Made by a program: the position numbers and the translations under genes
Shown here: positions 21,720-33,561 of the stretch, piece after piece
Position numbering within the stretch: the first letter of the stretch is position 1
Layout: the number at the start of each line of letters is the position of its first letter
The notes under the pieces: model-generated
What the model saw: the letters and a program-made list of their open reading frames with translations, nothing else
Told to the model about the DNA's origin: nothing
Databases searched by the model: none
Assembly (NCBI RefSeq): GCF_000143415.4
Contig: NW_003314357.1
Location: 328,269 to 392,268, forward strand
Source of the DNA: Selaginella moellendorffii
Lineage: Eukaryota > Plantae > Lycopodiophyta
Length of the DNA: 64,000 bases
Direction of reading: 5' to 3'

Positions 21720-23909
21720 CTAGCTCCCAGCCCTTCCGCCAGCTCGCTCGAGAACTTTGCAGCTTTGGTCCACCATTCCAGCTCTTCTATACACGTTGGC
21801 CATGACAACGTAGGCTCCAGCGTCCCTGTCGTTCAGCTTGATCATCGACTCGAACGCCATCTCCGCGATGCTCACGTTTCTCCACTTCTCCGACGCTCCC
21901 AGCACCGAGGCCCACACTGTGGAGTCGGGCTCGAAAGGCATCCTCTCCACCACCGCCACCGCCTCGTCCAGATGGTTTCCACGGCCCAGGAGATCCACCA
22001 GGCAGGTGTAGTGCAACATGTTTGGAGAGATCCCGAACTTGGTGCTCATGAGCTCGAAGAACTCCCGGCCTTTGTCGACCAGCCCCGCGTGGCTGCAAGC
22101 CGTGAGCAGCGAGAAGAAAGTCACGCCATTCACTTGGACACGCTCGCGCAGCATTTGCTCGAAGAGATCCAACACGCTGCTCGTGTCTCCCGCGTGGCTG
22201 TGAGCTTCCAGCAGCGAGTTCCAAGTCACCAGATCCTTGCTGCCTCGATCCATGGAGTGGAAGACTTGGCGAGCTTCGTCCACGCTCCCGCACTTGCCAT
22301 AGAAGCTGACGAGCGAGCTCCCAACGACGGGGTCGTGCCTGTGGACTGATCCAATCTCCTTGGCGTGGATCTTCCTCCCGGTTTCCAGGTCCCCCAGGCT
22401 TCCACAGGCCTTGAGCACCGCGGCAAAAGTTAGAGTGTCAGCTCTCACGGTGCTCTCGCGTTTCATCCGGCAGAAGAGCTCCACTGCCAGCCTCGCATCG
22501 CCACTCTCGGCGTAGCCGAAGATGAGAGCGTTCCAGGACACGACCGTGCGGCTCGGCATCCTCTCAAACACCTCTCGAGCGCTTTGCAAGCTTCCACACT
22601 TGGCGTACATGTTGACGAGGCTGTTCGCCACCTTTGCCTCGAGCTCGCCTCCATGGCTCCTCTGGACGATTTGCGAGTGGATCTCCATTCCCTTTTCCAA
22701 GCACAGAGCTTTCACTCCATCGCTGCTACCATCGAAGCTTGCACAGGCCTTGAGAGCGGCCACGAAAGTCCGAGCATCCGGGACGACTGGAATCAACGCC
22801 ATCTCCGAGAAGAGCTCTAGCGCAGCTCGGCCATCGCCACACTCGGCATAGCCAAGGATCATACAGTTCCAAGATACGAGATCTCGAGCAGCCATCCTAT
22901 CGAAGACTCCCCTCATCTCCTCCAAGCTCCCACACTTGGCGTACATCCTCAGCAGCGAGTTTGCGACGAGCATCTCCATCTCGAGCCGGGATTTTGCTAC
23001 TTGAGAGTGGAGGAGCTTGGCCTTTCGCAGCGACACCACTTTCACGACCTTCCCGGCTAGAAGCACGCCTCGTTCTCTCTCGGCACTCGTTGAGCAAGCC
23101 TTGAAAGCCGCGGCATAAGTCACGGAGTTGGGAGCGATCCCTTCGACTTGCATGAGCGATAGCAAGCGCAAAACCAGATCGAGCTCGCCAATCTCGCCAT
23201 AGCCGGAGATGAGAGACGTCCACGAGATCACGTCGTGGTATTGCATTCGATCAAAAACTCGCTGCGCCTCTCGCAAGCTCCCACACTTTGCATACATATG
23301 GATCAAGGAATTGAGAAGTATCAAGTCCATCGCGAATCCTCTCCTCGCTACTGTCAAGTGAACGAACACTCCCTTGTCTAGAAACCACCGAAGATCATAT
23401 GATACTCCAAGAAACTTTCCTTGAATCTGGTAAGCTTGGATGGTTTCTTCCAGTTCTTCTTTCTCGCTATGAATCTCCAAGCTTGCACAGAGAGCCTTGA
23501 GAACCGCGACGTAGCTGAGAGAATTGGGCTCTATGTTCCGCGATTGCATGGTCGAGAGCAGGTGAAGAGCCGAGTGGGCATCTCCAATCTGGGCATAGCC
23601 AAACATGAGAGAGTTCCACGACACAACGTCGTGGCTGGGCATTGAATCAAACACGCGGTGAGCATCCTCCAGGCTGCCACACTTTGCGTACATTCGGACC
23701 AGAGTGTTAGAGACTTTGGTGTGGAGCTCGCAGCTATGGCGGTGGAGGAGGAGGCTGGAGTGGAGTCTCTTACCAGCATCGAGGTCTCCATTGTTGCCGC
23801 ATGCCTTGAGAGCCGAGATGATGGCGGTGATGGAAATGGTGGGCTTTGCTCCAGCCTCGCAAATCTCATCGCAGCTCGGCACTACTGTGTTCTCGTGCCA
23901 CAGTGACAT
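21720..23909 (-). CDS. PLS-class PPR protein with E domain, no DYW
   Basis: Repeated N.L..MYAKCGSL..A..VFD.M...DVVSWN; HYTCLVDLLGRG; E domain VWASVLGAS..YVVMANVY. Confidence 0.93.
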   Translation of the reverse strand: MSLWHENTVVPSCDEICEAGAKPTISITAIISALKACGNNGDLDAGKRLHSSLLLHRHSCELHTKVSNTLVRMYAKCGSLEDAHRVFDSMPSHDVVSWNSLMFGYAQIGDAHSALHLLSTMQSRNIEPNSLSYVAVLKALCASLEIHSEKEELEETIQAYQIQGKFLGVSYDLRWFLDKGVFVHLTVARRGFAMDLILLNSLIHMYAKCGSLREAQRVFDRMQYHDVISWTSLISGYGEIGELDLVLRLLSLMQVEGIAPNSVTYAAAFKACSTSAERERGVLLAGKVVKVVSLRKAKLLHSQVAKSRLEMEMLVANSLLRMYAKCGSLEEMRGVFDRMAARDLVSWNCMILGYAECGDGRAALELFSEMALIPVVPDARTFVAALKACASFDGSSDGVKALCLEKGMEIHSQIVQRSHGGELEAKVANSLVNMYAKCGSLQSAREVFERMPSRTVVSWNALIFGYAESGDARLAVELFCRMKRESTVRADTLTFAAVLKACGSLGDLETGRKIHAKEIGSVHRHDPVVGSSLVSFYGKCGSVDEARQVFHSMDRGSKDLVTWNSLLEAHSHAGDTSSVLDLFEQMLRERVQVNGVTFFSLLTACSHAGLVDKGREFFELMSTKFGISPNMLHYTCLVDLLGRGNHLDEAVAVVERMPFEPDSTVWASVLGASEKWRNVSIAEMAFESMIKLNDRDAGAYVVMANVYRRAGMVDQSCKVLERAGGRAGS

Positions 23910-24081
23910 TTAAGATCTTGTTTTTTAGAGATGCCAAATGTAGGCAACAAATATAAGCATCTTTATAATTTATAAACACAAATTAATCTTACTGCATGTG
24001 TTTGGTATTGGTTTGTGCAATTTTTTAAAAAATATATAAAATAGTAATGTTAAGAAAATGTTATATAATGTTTTCCTTCTG

Positions 24082-24116
<35 letters not shown>

Positions 24117-24127
24117 CACACACACAC
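24082..24127. repeat. Compound microsatellite (AT)n(AC)n
   Basis: Read directly; a similar (GT)n(AT)n lies at ~14762-14793. Confidence 0.95.
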
Positions 24128-24365
24128 TATAAAAGATAGTAAAACATTATTATATTCCCAAAGTGAAAAAGAGGTATAACTTAGTAAATATTATTAATAA
24201 AGATATTAGATGCAAAGCACTACTTAGGAATATATTTAGAATACTAAGATTTTAAGAAATCTAATACCCAACTCAATAAAAAGTAAAAAAAAAAAATTTG
24301 TTAAGTATAAATTAATTTTAGTTATTAGATGCAGAATATGAATATATTTAATACACTCCTAGATA

Positions 24366-24716
24366 AAATAAATTGCTACGCATTGCATGTAGCAACTCTT
24401 GGTTTGCTTAATAGTAACATTATTCTTACTTATTAATCCAATTGATCAAATAAAATTTATAATTATAAGCATGTCTATAATTTATAAGCACAAGATAAAT
24501 CTTATTGCATATCAACCATTAGATGATAGAATAAAAAACAAATACTAGAAAGGGTTTAAGAAAGTTTATAAATTATAAAAATGTTTATAAATTATAAATA
24601 CAAAATTAATCTAAATGAATAACAACCGTTAGATGGTAAAATATCCTAGAATATCTAAGCATATTCTAGGTATATTCACTACCATCTCAGTCCCCCTACA
24701 GATTTGCTTAAGAAAA
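24366..24716 (-). mobile_element. HINE-like element, copy 2 (inverted relative to copy 1)
   Basis: Reverse complement aligns along 12326-12677; stem-loop 24373-24395, subTIR TTGGTTTGCTTAA 24399-24411. A small fragment also lies at ~23950-24000. Confidence 0.65.
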
Positions 24717-25767
24717 TTAAAAAGAAAAAGATAAAAACAAATTTTTTTAATTAAATATAAGATATAAACAAATTTAAAATACTAAGACATTAAGAAAATA
24801 TGAGGTTTAAGTGTATAGCTACAATGCTATATACTAATATTAGTTTAGTGGGATTTTGATAGCCATCAAATTAATTTCAATATAGACTATTTACTTCTCT
24901 ATATAAGTTAGAGTTTTTAAGCTAATTAAATATATATATTTCTGTATTTTATGCACTCCTATTGGTGGAGTTGAAGGGTAGTTCTATTTCAAGTGCTTAA
25001 TTTTATGCTTTTGGTTTAAATCTAACTTTTGCATTGTTTAGACTTTTGTTTTTATTCTTGTAGTTTTTTTTTTCTATTTCTTCTTTTTTCCTTTTTTTCT
25101 TTCTGTTCTTTTTCATGGCAAAGCAATAGCTTCATCCTCCTTTGATTTTGGAGCAATAATTAGTACAATTGTTCAATGTTATATAGTTATAATTGAATAA
25201 TTAAACTTAATTGATAGTAGGCATTCATAGGGCATGTGCACCTCTTTTTGCTCTTGTTGCCAATCTTTGTGTTCGGTTGGAGTTCCTTTATGAGAAGTTT
25301 GAGGACAAAAGGTCAAATACGAATGAGAACATATATATTTGAAATAATAACTAACACTACCATTAATAAAAGTTAGAATAACCCAAGGAATTAAGGGTGT
25401 ACTCAAAGGATGAGTTGATGTTCTCATTATATAGGAGGATAATTCAAAGGGGTGAAAACAGCACATATAACTTTACAATAATTGCCATTTATCATTTTTG
25501 GGATGATACTCTGTGTTTAAATAAGCTTTTCATATGTTTTGAAAGAAAAATATTGCAATGGTACAATGGTTTGAGTATAGCTACCATATGGATTGGAGTT
25601 TTTTTCTAAATGTTTTTAAACACATATTTGGATATACTAATGATTGTGATGATGTCTTCCACCATTTACATCATTTTCATCAAGGATTATTTAAGTCAAT
25701 TATACAATTTAGTATTCAGTTCAAGAGCCTTTTATTTCATGTGGAGCCAAATATGTTAGAGTGGATC

Positions 25768-26772
25768 TGTAGTGCATGTAATCATAGGATGAGATTTATA
25801 TATACTGTCACCGTGGATCTTTGAAACCTTGGGAAATTAATAGGGATAAAATAGCCAGTAAGGGCTCTCTCATCAAGCAATTGCCCTTTTTCCAATTGGA
25901 TTAAAGGGAGAGAGATAAGGTGTGCTACAGTTGATATCAGAGCAAATGGCATGGGTTTGATTCTCATTGATTAGTGGCTACTTAAAAATATAATATACCC
26001 TTGAGCAAGGTATATTCCTATCCCTAAATTGAAATCATACATATTGGGCACCATGCATACATCCTTCCTTTTGTGTGGAGTATCCATGGATGAAGGTATC
26101 CACCGTAGGACTGCGGTACGGGTGGATGACTAGTTGCCTCATATGGAATAACTAGTCTACACAATGGAAGGATTGGTATATTCAATGTGGAAATGGAGGT
26201 GCTGTTCCCCTTGGCTTAGTAGGGGTTGTTAGTCAATAATTAATGAGGACATTGACATCTTTGAAGGGGGGGTGAGTGTAACACTTGTGATCATGGGATG
26301 AGATTTGGATATACTGTCACTGTGGTTCCAAAGGGCTCAGTAGGCATGGTTCCAAAGGGCTTAATAGGGGTTGTTAGTCAATATTCAATAAAGACATTGA
26401 CATCTCTAAAGTGGGGGTGAGTGTAATGCATGTGATCATGGGATGAGATTTAGATATACTAACATTGACATCTCTGAAAGGGGGGTGAATGTAACACATG
26501 TAATCATGGGATGAGATTTGGATATACTGTCACCGTGGTTCTAAGGGGCTTAGTAAGGGTTGTTAGTCAATAGTCAATGAGGACATTGACATCTTTGAAG
26601 TGGGGGTGAGTGTAGTGCATGTGATCATGGGATGAGATTTAGATATACTGTCACCGTGGATCCATAGAACTTTAGGGGATAAATGGGAATAAAATAACCA
26701 CTAAGGGCTCTCTCATCAAGCAATTGCCCCTTTTTTAGTTAACTTAAGGGGAGAGAGATAAGGTGTGCTACA
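25768..26772 (+). mobile_element. TRIM family B, complete copy; LTRs 25768-25929 and 26611-26772
   Basis: 162-bp LTRs TGTAG...CTACA, Met-type PBS (TGATATCAGAGC), PPT GAAGTGGGGGTGAG, perfect TSD GGATC, non-coding interior. Confidence 0.92.
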
Positions 26773-27419
26773 GGATCAAATTGGGAATGTTGTAACTAAT
26801 GTTTCATCAAGATATTGTAGGACTTATGCATACATTTGCTTTAACCACCTTTGACAACGCTCTTTGATTGGCACAATAATATAAGATATTACTTCTTCCA
26901 TTTATCATTGTATATACTTTTGCTTTACTTTTTATGGGAGATGATTTTATTTTGATGGAGATTGACTATTATAAATGTGACTGTAGGTATCAAAAATTAC
27001 CTATCAGTTAGTCCTTCTAGATATTCTTTCTTTATTGTCACAACAAGAGGAAGTTAGTATTTTTGGTTCCCTTTTTAGCCCCTCTTGTTCAAATGTTAGT
27101 AAATTGGGTTTAACATCTGTACTTAGTCAAATGAACATAAGTTAGGAGCTTCTATGTGTTTCTTGCTAAGCATACTCAACTTAACTTTTAATTCTCTTTT
27201 GTTTTATTTTACACTAGTTTGACAAGAACCCTCACATATTGAGACTAGTATCTTAATATTGTTAAATAATAGCTTGTTGTGTCTACTAAACACCCTTGGT
27301 ATTATGCCCTATATATTGGTCCTGTTTAGTTTCATTAGCTATTTATGAAAAGTGTTTAGATTTGTTAATTTGGTATATCTATAGAATGTAGAGATTGTCT
27401 TGAACATAATGGTGTTAGT

Positions 27420-28080
27420 CCTTTGTCCAAATTTACAATTTAACACCATTCCATATTTAATAAGTTTCAAGTTTGTTCCAAAGATTAATTCCTAGTACTA
27501 AGGGTGAAAACCCAAAGTGTGCATTCGTCAAGGGGGAAGGGGTTGTAAAGGGTTCCAAATATATAGTAAGGATAGTAGGTAGATAAGGAATGGCTAATCA
27601 ACCTGAGGTATAGTTTAATTTTCACTTGTGTGTTTGTCCTTGTTTTATGTTTAGCTTGGGTCTAAGCCCAAGTTCTATAGTATGCTAGTTAGTGGAGTAC
27701 CCATATCCTTATGTTAAACCATCGGTATGCTGAAATAACATTAAACTTTATTTGGCACCATTTTGTGTGCTGGTGCTAGCATTGGGATGTTGAAAACTCT
27801 AGGACTGTTTTAACATCACTCCATACACTTGTCCCTTTACTCTTTTGTCTGAACACTTAAGAGTCACTCCGTATTCTAGTTCCTTCGCTCTTTGGCTACA
27901 AGCTTGGAAGTTTGGTTCTGTTCCTTTGTTTCCTAAGGCCCTAAAACTTAGATTCCACTCTGCTAACCTTGGATATGTAGCATATGACATATGGTATATG
28001 AAGATTTAGGTTCTGCTTCATGTTTATTTTATAGTAAATCACTATAGAATAAAGGGTGAAAACCAAATGCGTTACATTGA
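27420..28080 (+). mobile_element. Degenerate family-A LTR fragment
   Basis: Colinear with 36310-37008 (GGGTGAAA.CCCAAAG, GGAGTACCCAT, ends AAACC.AATGCGTTACA). Confidence 0.75.
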
Positions 28081-28288
28081 TGCTGTTATTGCCTATGTTT
28101 AAGGATAAGAGTAAAGGACGTGGTTGTGCCCATGATGTTTACTATTGAGCATATAATGACATTGGCCATATGTATTAGCATTATCGGCATTTTTTGGATT
28201 GGTATCCTTCATTTCAAGGGTGGAGGCCTTGATATTAATAAGTGTTATTATTGTGGAAGATCTTGATATAAAGATTCTTCTAGGAAAT

Positions 28289-29080
28289 TATAGCGCATGT
28301 AATCATAAGATGAGATTTAGATATACTGTCACCGTGGATCCTTGGAACCTTGGGAGATAAATAGGGATAAAATAGCCACTAAGGGCTCTCTCATCAAGCA
28401 ATTGCCCCTTTTCCAATTGGCTTAAGGGGAGAGAGATAAGGTGTGCTATAGTTGGTATTAAAGCAAATGGCATGGGTTTGATTCTCATTGATTAGTGGCT
28501 ACTTAAAAATATAATATACCCTTGAGCAAGGTATATTCCTACCCCTAAATTGAAATCATACATATTGGGCACCATTTGTATGTCCTTCCTCTTGTGTGGA
28601 GTATCCAAGGATGAAGGTATTCACTGTAGAATTGTGGTACAAGTGGATGACTAGTTGCCTCATATAGAATAGCTAATCTACACAATGGAAGGATTAGTAG
28701 ATTTAGTGTGGAAATGGAGGTGCTGGTTCCCCTTAGCTCGGTAGGGGTTATTAGTCAATAATCAATGAGGACATTGACATTTTTGAAAGTGTTAGTTTAC
28801 ACAATAGAAGGATTGGTAGATTCAGTGTGAAAATGGAGGTGTTAATTCCTCTTAGCTCGGTAGGGGTTATTAGTCAATAGTCAATAAAAACATTGACATT
28901 TCTGAAAGGAGGGGTGAATGTAGCGCATGTGATCATGGGATGAGATTTGGATATACTGTCATCATGGATCTTTGGAATCTTAAGGGATAAATGGGGATAA
29001 AATAGCCACTAAAGGCTCTCCCATCAAGCAATTGCCCCTTTTCCAGTTGGTTTAAGGGGAGAGAGATAGGATGTGCTACA
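28289..29080 (+). mobile_element. TRIM family B, copy 2
   Basis: LTRs ~28289-28450 and 28919-29080, PBS TGGTATTAAAGC, PPT; TSD GAAAT/AAAAT (1 mismatch). Confidence 0.88.
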
Positions 29081-29689
29081 AAAATGAAGAGTTGCACAAA
29101 TAATGGGGTTCTTACGTGAATAAGTCAGTGACCCTTTCATCTTTCTTTTAAAAGTACTATCAAGAGGTTCACTCAACACAAATTTATCTAATATTTACTT
29201 TTCAAACTCGTTTTAATAATAAGAGATTACTTATATTCTCTCCATGTTAGCTGATATGGGCTTGAGTTTTTCTTCTATTGCCTAGTTTGTTGTCACACAT
29301 TATTAATTACAGTTGCATCATATGGTAGCACTAGTCTTCATTCTTTATGGCATACGTAGGCAAGATGAGGTGGACATAGTTGTCCGTATGGGTAACCTTG
29401 ACCTTTAACTACTGCAAATGGTGTTGAATTAAGCTTTCGACCTTATAGTTGCAATGCAATTATACTAAATGTCACTTTAAGGCTTCTCCCCTTTTTGTAT
29501 TATACTCCTTTATATTTCTTCCATTCTTTTCATTTTTGTTATACTTCCTCCCTCTACTTTTACTTTTATTTCCATTACTTCTTATTATGTTTCCTTTTTG
29601 CTTTTATATTCCCTTTTATGATCTTTCAAATAATTTTATGTTGCAGTGGTTGATTAGCTCAAGAAGTAGTATATTGATAATTTTGACTT

Positions 29690-31760
29690 TGATAAATCAT
29701 ATAGGGCCAAGATTGCAATATGTCATCCTATTCCAATTGGGGATGTTTGTCCAATCAAACTTTTTGTGTGGCATTGGTCATCAAAGGAGATGACAATTTT
29801 ACGTGCAGATGTCAAAAAAATGTTGAAGGGTGTTATTTGAAAATCTCAAAATCCTTAGGCTTATGAACCTCAACTTGTGATGACTTTTGATAGGAGCAAT
29901 CAATTTAGCTTTTAATAATTATCTGTTAAACAAGGTGATTAATATTTTTAAATCATTTAAAGAGAAGTTATTTGTTCATCAAATTAAATTTTACTCTTTG
30001 GTATTGACAAGTGTTAATGGCCAAGAAAGATGTTCCCAAGATTGCTTTTTGTACACCATTTAATTTTTACAAGTTTTTAGTGATCCTGTTCGATTTGAAT
30101 AATGCTTTAGTGATTTTTCAATAGATAATAGACAAAGTTATTTTTTATATGCTGTTGGTAACTACTAATTTCATTGATAATGTCTTGATCCATTCAAAGA
30201 GGATATGAGAGGAGCATGCTTGTGATATTCACAAAGTATTGGATTGGTAACAGGAAGTTGGTTTGAAACTGAAAACCTCAAAATGCGTGTTTGGATCCAA
30301 AGATACAACTTATCTTAGGTATTGTATTTTTTATGAAGGTTTGCAAGTTGGTCTCAACAAACTTGTAACTATTCTAAAGTTCCTTACTCTAAAGTGTGTG
30401 AATGATGTATAGTGCTTTCTAGGCAAGGCATAATATCTGTAAGCTCATGAGTTTGGACTTTCTGGGAGGTCACCCAACACAATACTATTCAAACCCAAAT
30501 ATCTATAAGCTCCTAGTTTGCAAACTGGACCAGCCAGATGTCAATCAATATGTGGTGTGATTCCCCTAGCCAACCAACATCTCGGACCCGACTTCGGACT
30601 CGGTCTCGGACTCAATCTCGGACTCGATCTCAGACCCGTTCTCGGACTCGACTTCAGACTCGACCTCGGACTCGGTCTCGGACCCGATTTGGATCTCGGA
30701 CTCCGTCTCGAACTCGGTCTCGAACTCGGTCTCAATTTCGGTCTCCGATTCGGCCTCGGCTTGATCCCTTCACGTCTTCGGACTCGACCTCGGACTCGGT
30801 CTCGGACCCGATTTGGATCTCGGACTCCGTCTCGAACTCGGTCTCGAACTCGGTCTCAATCTCGGTCTCCAATTCGGCCTCGGCTTGATCCCTTCACGTG
30901 GCACCCTTCCGGCTCCACTTTGGGTCCTAGGGATTTTGTGTCTCACATGTGCTTGGGAGGGGGTGCGAACACCCCATTGCCCCAAAACACACACAAAAGC
31001 GAGAGGCTAGCCCGAGCTGTGGCACACCACACATGGTTGGTTGTCCGAGTCTCCTGGTTCTGCCAAAGAGTCAGACTCGAGACCCCTCTGATACCAAATG
31101 TAAGCTCCTGAGTCTGGACTTTCCAGGAGGTCACCTAGCCCAGTACTATTCAAACCCAAGGACGCTTAACTCCAAATATCCCAAGACCCTTAACTGATTA
31201 GAAAAGGGGGTGCACTCTTATTCATGAGCCTTTTCCCTCTATATTTGAACCTCATAGATCATCTCTCAAGTCGTTCTCTTTGGTTGCTTACAATATTTTA
31301 GTCAATTTGTAAGGATTGTGAATAAGCATTTATAGATCTTGAAGAGCTATTGATGACTCTTCCAATTTTGATATATCTTAACTATACTCAAGCTTTCATT
31401 TTGCATATGAATGTTTTTGATATTGGTCTCAGGGTGTGTGTTAATGCAAGAAAGCATAAATGTGCATAGTCAACATCATCATATTGTATATATCAACCTT
31501 ACATTGCACTAGCAAAAATGAATTACTCCATGACAGAGGAGTGTCTAACAACAGTTTGGGATTCAAGAAGTTTAATATATATTTATATAGTTCTTGAACA
31601 TTACTAAAAGGTGACCATGCTACAGTTATTTCATTGTTGAAGCAAAATAGTTTAATTAGTCATATTGTTCAATGGGCTCTAAAACTTTAGATATATAATT
31701 ATAAAGTTGTTTATTGCTCAAAGCGTTCTATGGCTAAAATAATGCTCTGTCTCGAACTCT
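29690..31760 (+). pseudogene. Degenerate Ty3/gypsy RT-RNaseH remnant interrupted by the 5S-LTR element
   Basis: Decayed motifs (KIAFCT, PFDLNNA, GLKLKTSKCVFG, DV*CFLG, AFILHMNVFDIG) on both sides of 30438-31292. Confidence 0.65.
30438..31292 (-). mobile_element. Short-LTR (TRIM-like) element with a 5S rRNA-derived segment in its LTR; intact LTR 31099-31292
   Basis: LTR TGTAAGC...GCTTACA (194 bp), Met PBS (TGGTATCAGAG, minus strand 31096-31086), truncated second LTR at 30438-30498, TSD ATATC/ATATT. 31171-31116 matches the 5S A-box to C-box region. Contains a family-C LTR fragment (~30577-30947). Confidence 0.85.
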
Positions 31761-33004
31761 TTTCCCTTCTTCACTCACTTTTTTTGTTCTTGATAAGCAT
31801 GTTGTATTAGCATTAAAGGATTTTTTGGACAAGGATTCCATGTCATTGATAGTTGCTATACTTGATATTTAGTGTCCATAAGATGCACTAGAAGGTATAT
31901 GACACAGTTTTTATATTAGTTTTATTATTTTTACTCATGTTTAAAATTGATATTATTTGTAGTTAAAAAAATATGAAACTGATATATATTTTATATAACA
32001 GTTTTACTTCATGGTTTTTTAAGTAGTTTGGTACATAGTTTACATAACATTCTTATGACAATTTAATTTACTTATTTCATATATTATTTAATATATGTAA
32101 ACAATAATATACGGTTTATATATTCATAAATAATAATAATATATGGTTTATATAATAGTTTATATAAAAGTTTAGTTTAAGTTATAATTATAGATTGAAA
32201 CAGTTGCAGCATCAAGATCCATCTAGAACCACTATGCTGCCACCTTTAGTCCTAGTGCTTAGAGGTACTAGCCATCGATAAAAAGAAAGAAGACTCGAGA
32301 GAGAGTGAAAAAAGAATGATTCAACAAGTAATAAGAACCTTTTACTCTCGTGAGTATATAGCCTTTTTCTTAACCTCTTTAAGCTATCTAGATTGAAAGG
32401 CCTCTGGAAAAAAGAGAAAAGTAAGAAGAATTTGAGTTTGATAGATCAATAGAGAAGATATAAAATATAGCTAAACTTACTAAGAGTTATATTGCAACTA
32501 CCAAAGAAACTCTCCATTGATGTAAAGCTGTGGAAAAGTGGGCTAGTTGGAGTAGGCTTTGAGGCTCTAGTAGAGGGCATTGTCCTCACAATCTCATACA
32601 AAATGCCTAGGCTATCTGTTTGACAGTATTGGAGAAGCCATACTATGGGAAGAGCTCCATGCCTTCATGAAGAGCATGACCTTGTGCCCTTCACAAATTT
32701 CTCCATTGATTCCCACAGCTCAAGCATTAATGCTCTAGCAATCTAGGAAATCTAGAAAGAAGGCATGCATGGGCTCAATTGACTTATATGCTCTACAAAT
32801 TAAGGCTCTCCTTATTCTTTTAATTGCGAATTGGTGGCACAATATAGTGATGCATGGCACTTGTAAGGATTTCTTGAGAAAGATGGTGATTACTACATTT
32901 GATCTATTGGCTGTGGCCTTGAAAGGAGCATTGTAGTGTTGAGGCCACTTGTCTTCTGCACAAAGAAAGGAATTTAAGATGTTTGTTGAAAGCGATGGTT
33001 AATT

Positions 33005-33561
33005 TACAGTGCACCTAACTCTTTCCATTTAAACCAACTAAAAGAGGGGCGATTACTTTATGAGAGAGCCCTTAATGATTATTTTATCCCCATATATCCC
33101 TCAAGGCTCTAAAGATCCACTATCCAAATTTCATCTTATGATCATATACATTACACTTGTCCCCCCTTTAGAGATATCAATGTTTTTATTGACTATTGGC
33201 TAATAACCTTTATTAAGTTAAGGGGAACCAACACCTCCATTTCTGCATTGAATCTATTAATCTTTCCATTGTGTAGACTAACTATTCTATACCTAATATA
33301 TACTATTTCAAATTTAGGTGTACGAATATACCTTATTGAAGGGTACTTTATATTTTAAGTAGGCACTAATCAATAAGAATCGAATATGTGCCATTTGCTT
33401 TGATACTATATATAGCATATTTTATTTCTCTCCTCTTCAGCTAATTGGAAAAGGGGCAATTACCTAATAAAAGAGCCTTTAGTGGTTATTTTATCCCTAT
33501 TTATCCTCTAAGGTTCCAATGATAATATATTTAAATTTCATCCCATAATTATATATACAAC
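33005..33561 (-). mobile_element. TRIM family B, copy 3 (older, inverted, internally deleted)
   Basis: Reverse complement matches both LTRs and internal segments of 25768-26772. Confidence 0.8.

Noticed and set aside
30518-31111. GL/RS-repeat ORFs (also 61421-62456, 35828-36046)
   Set aside because: Artefacts of hexamer minisatellite, open in several frames on both strands.
31116-31171. 5S rRNA gene
   Set aside because: Only the 56-nt internal control region is present; 5S 5' and 3' ends and oligo-T terminator are missing, and it is embedded in an LTR.
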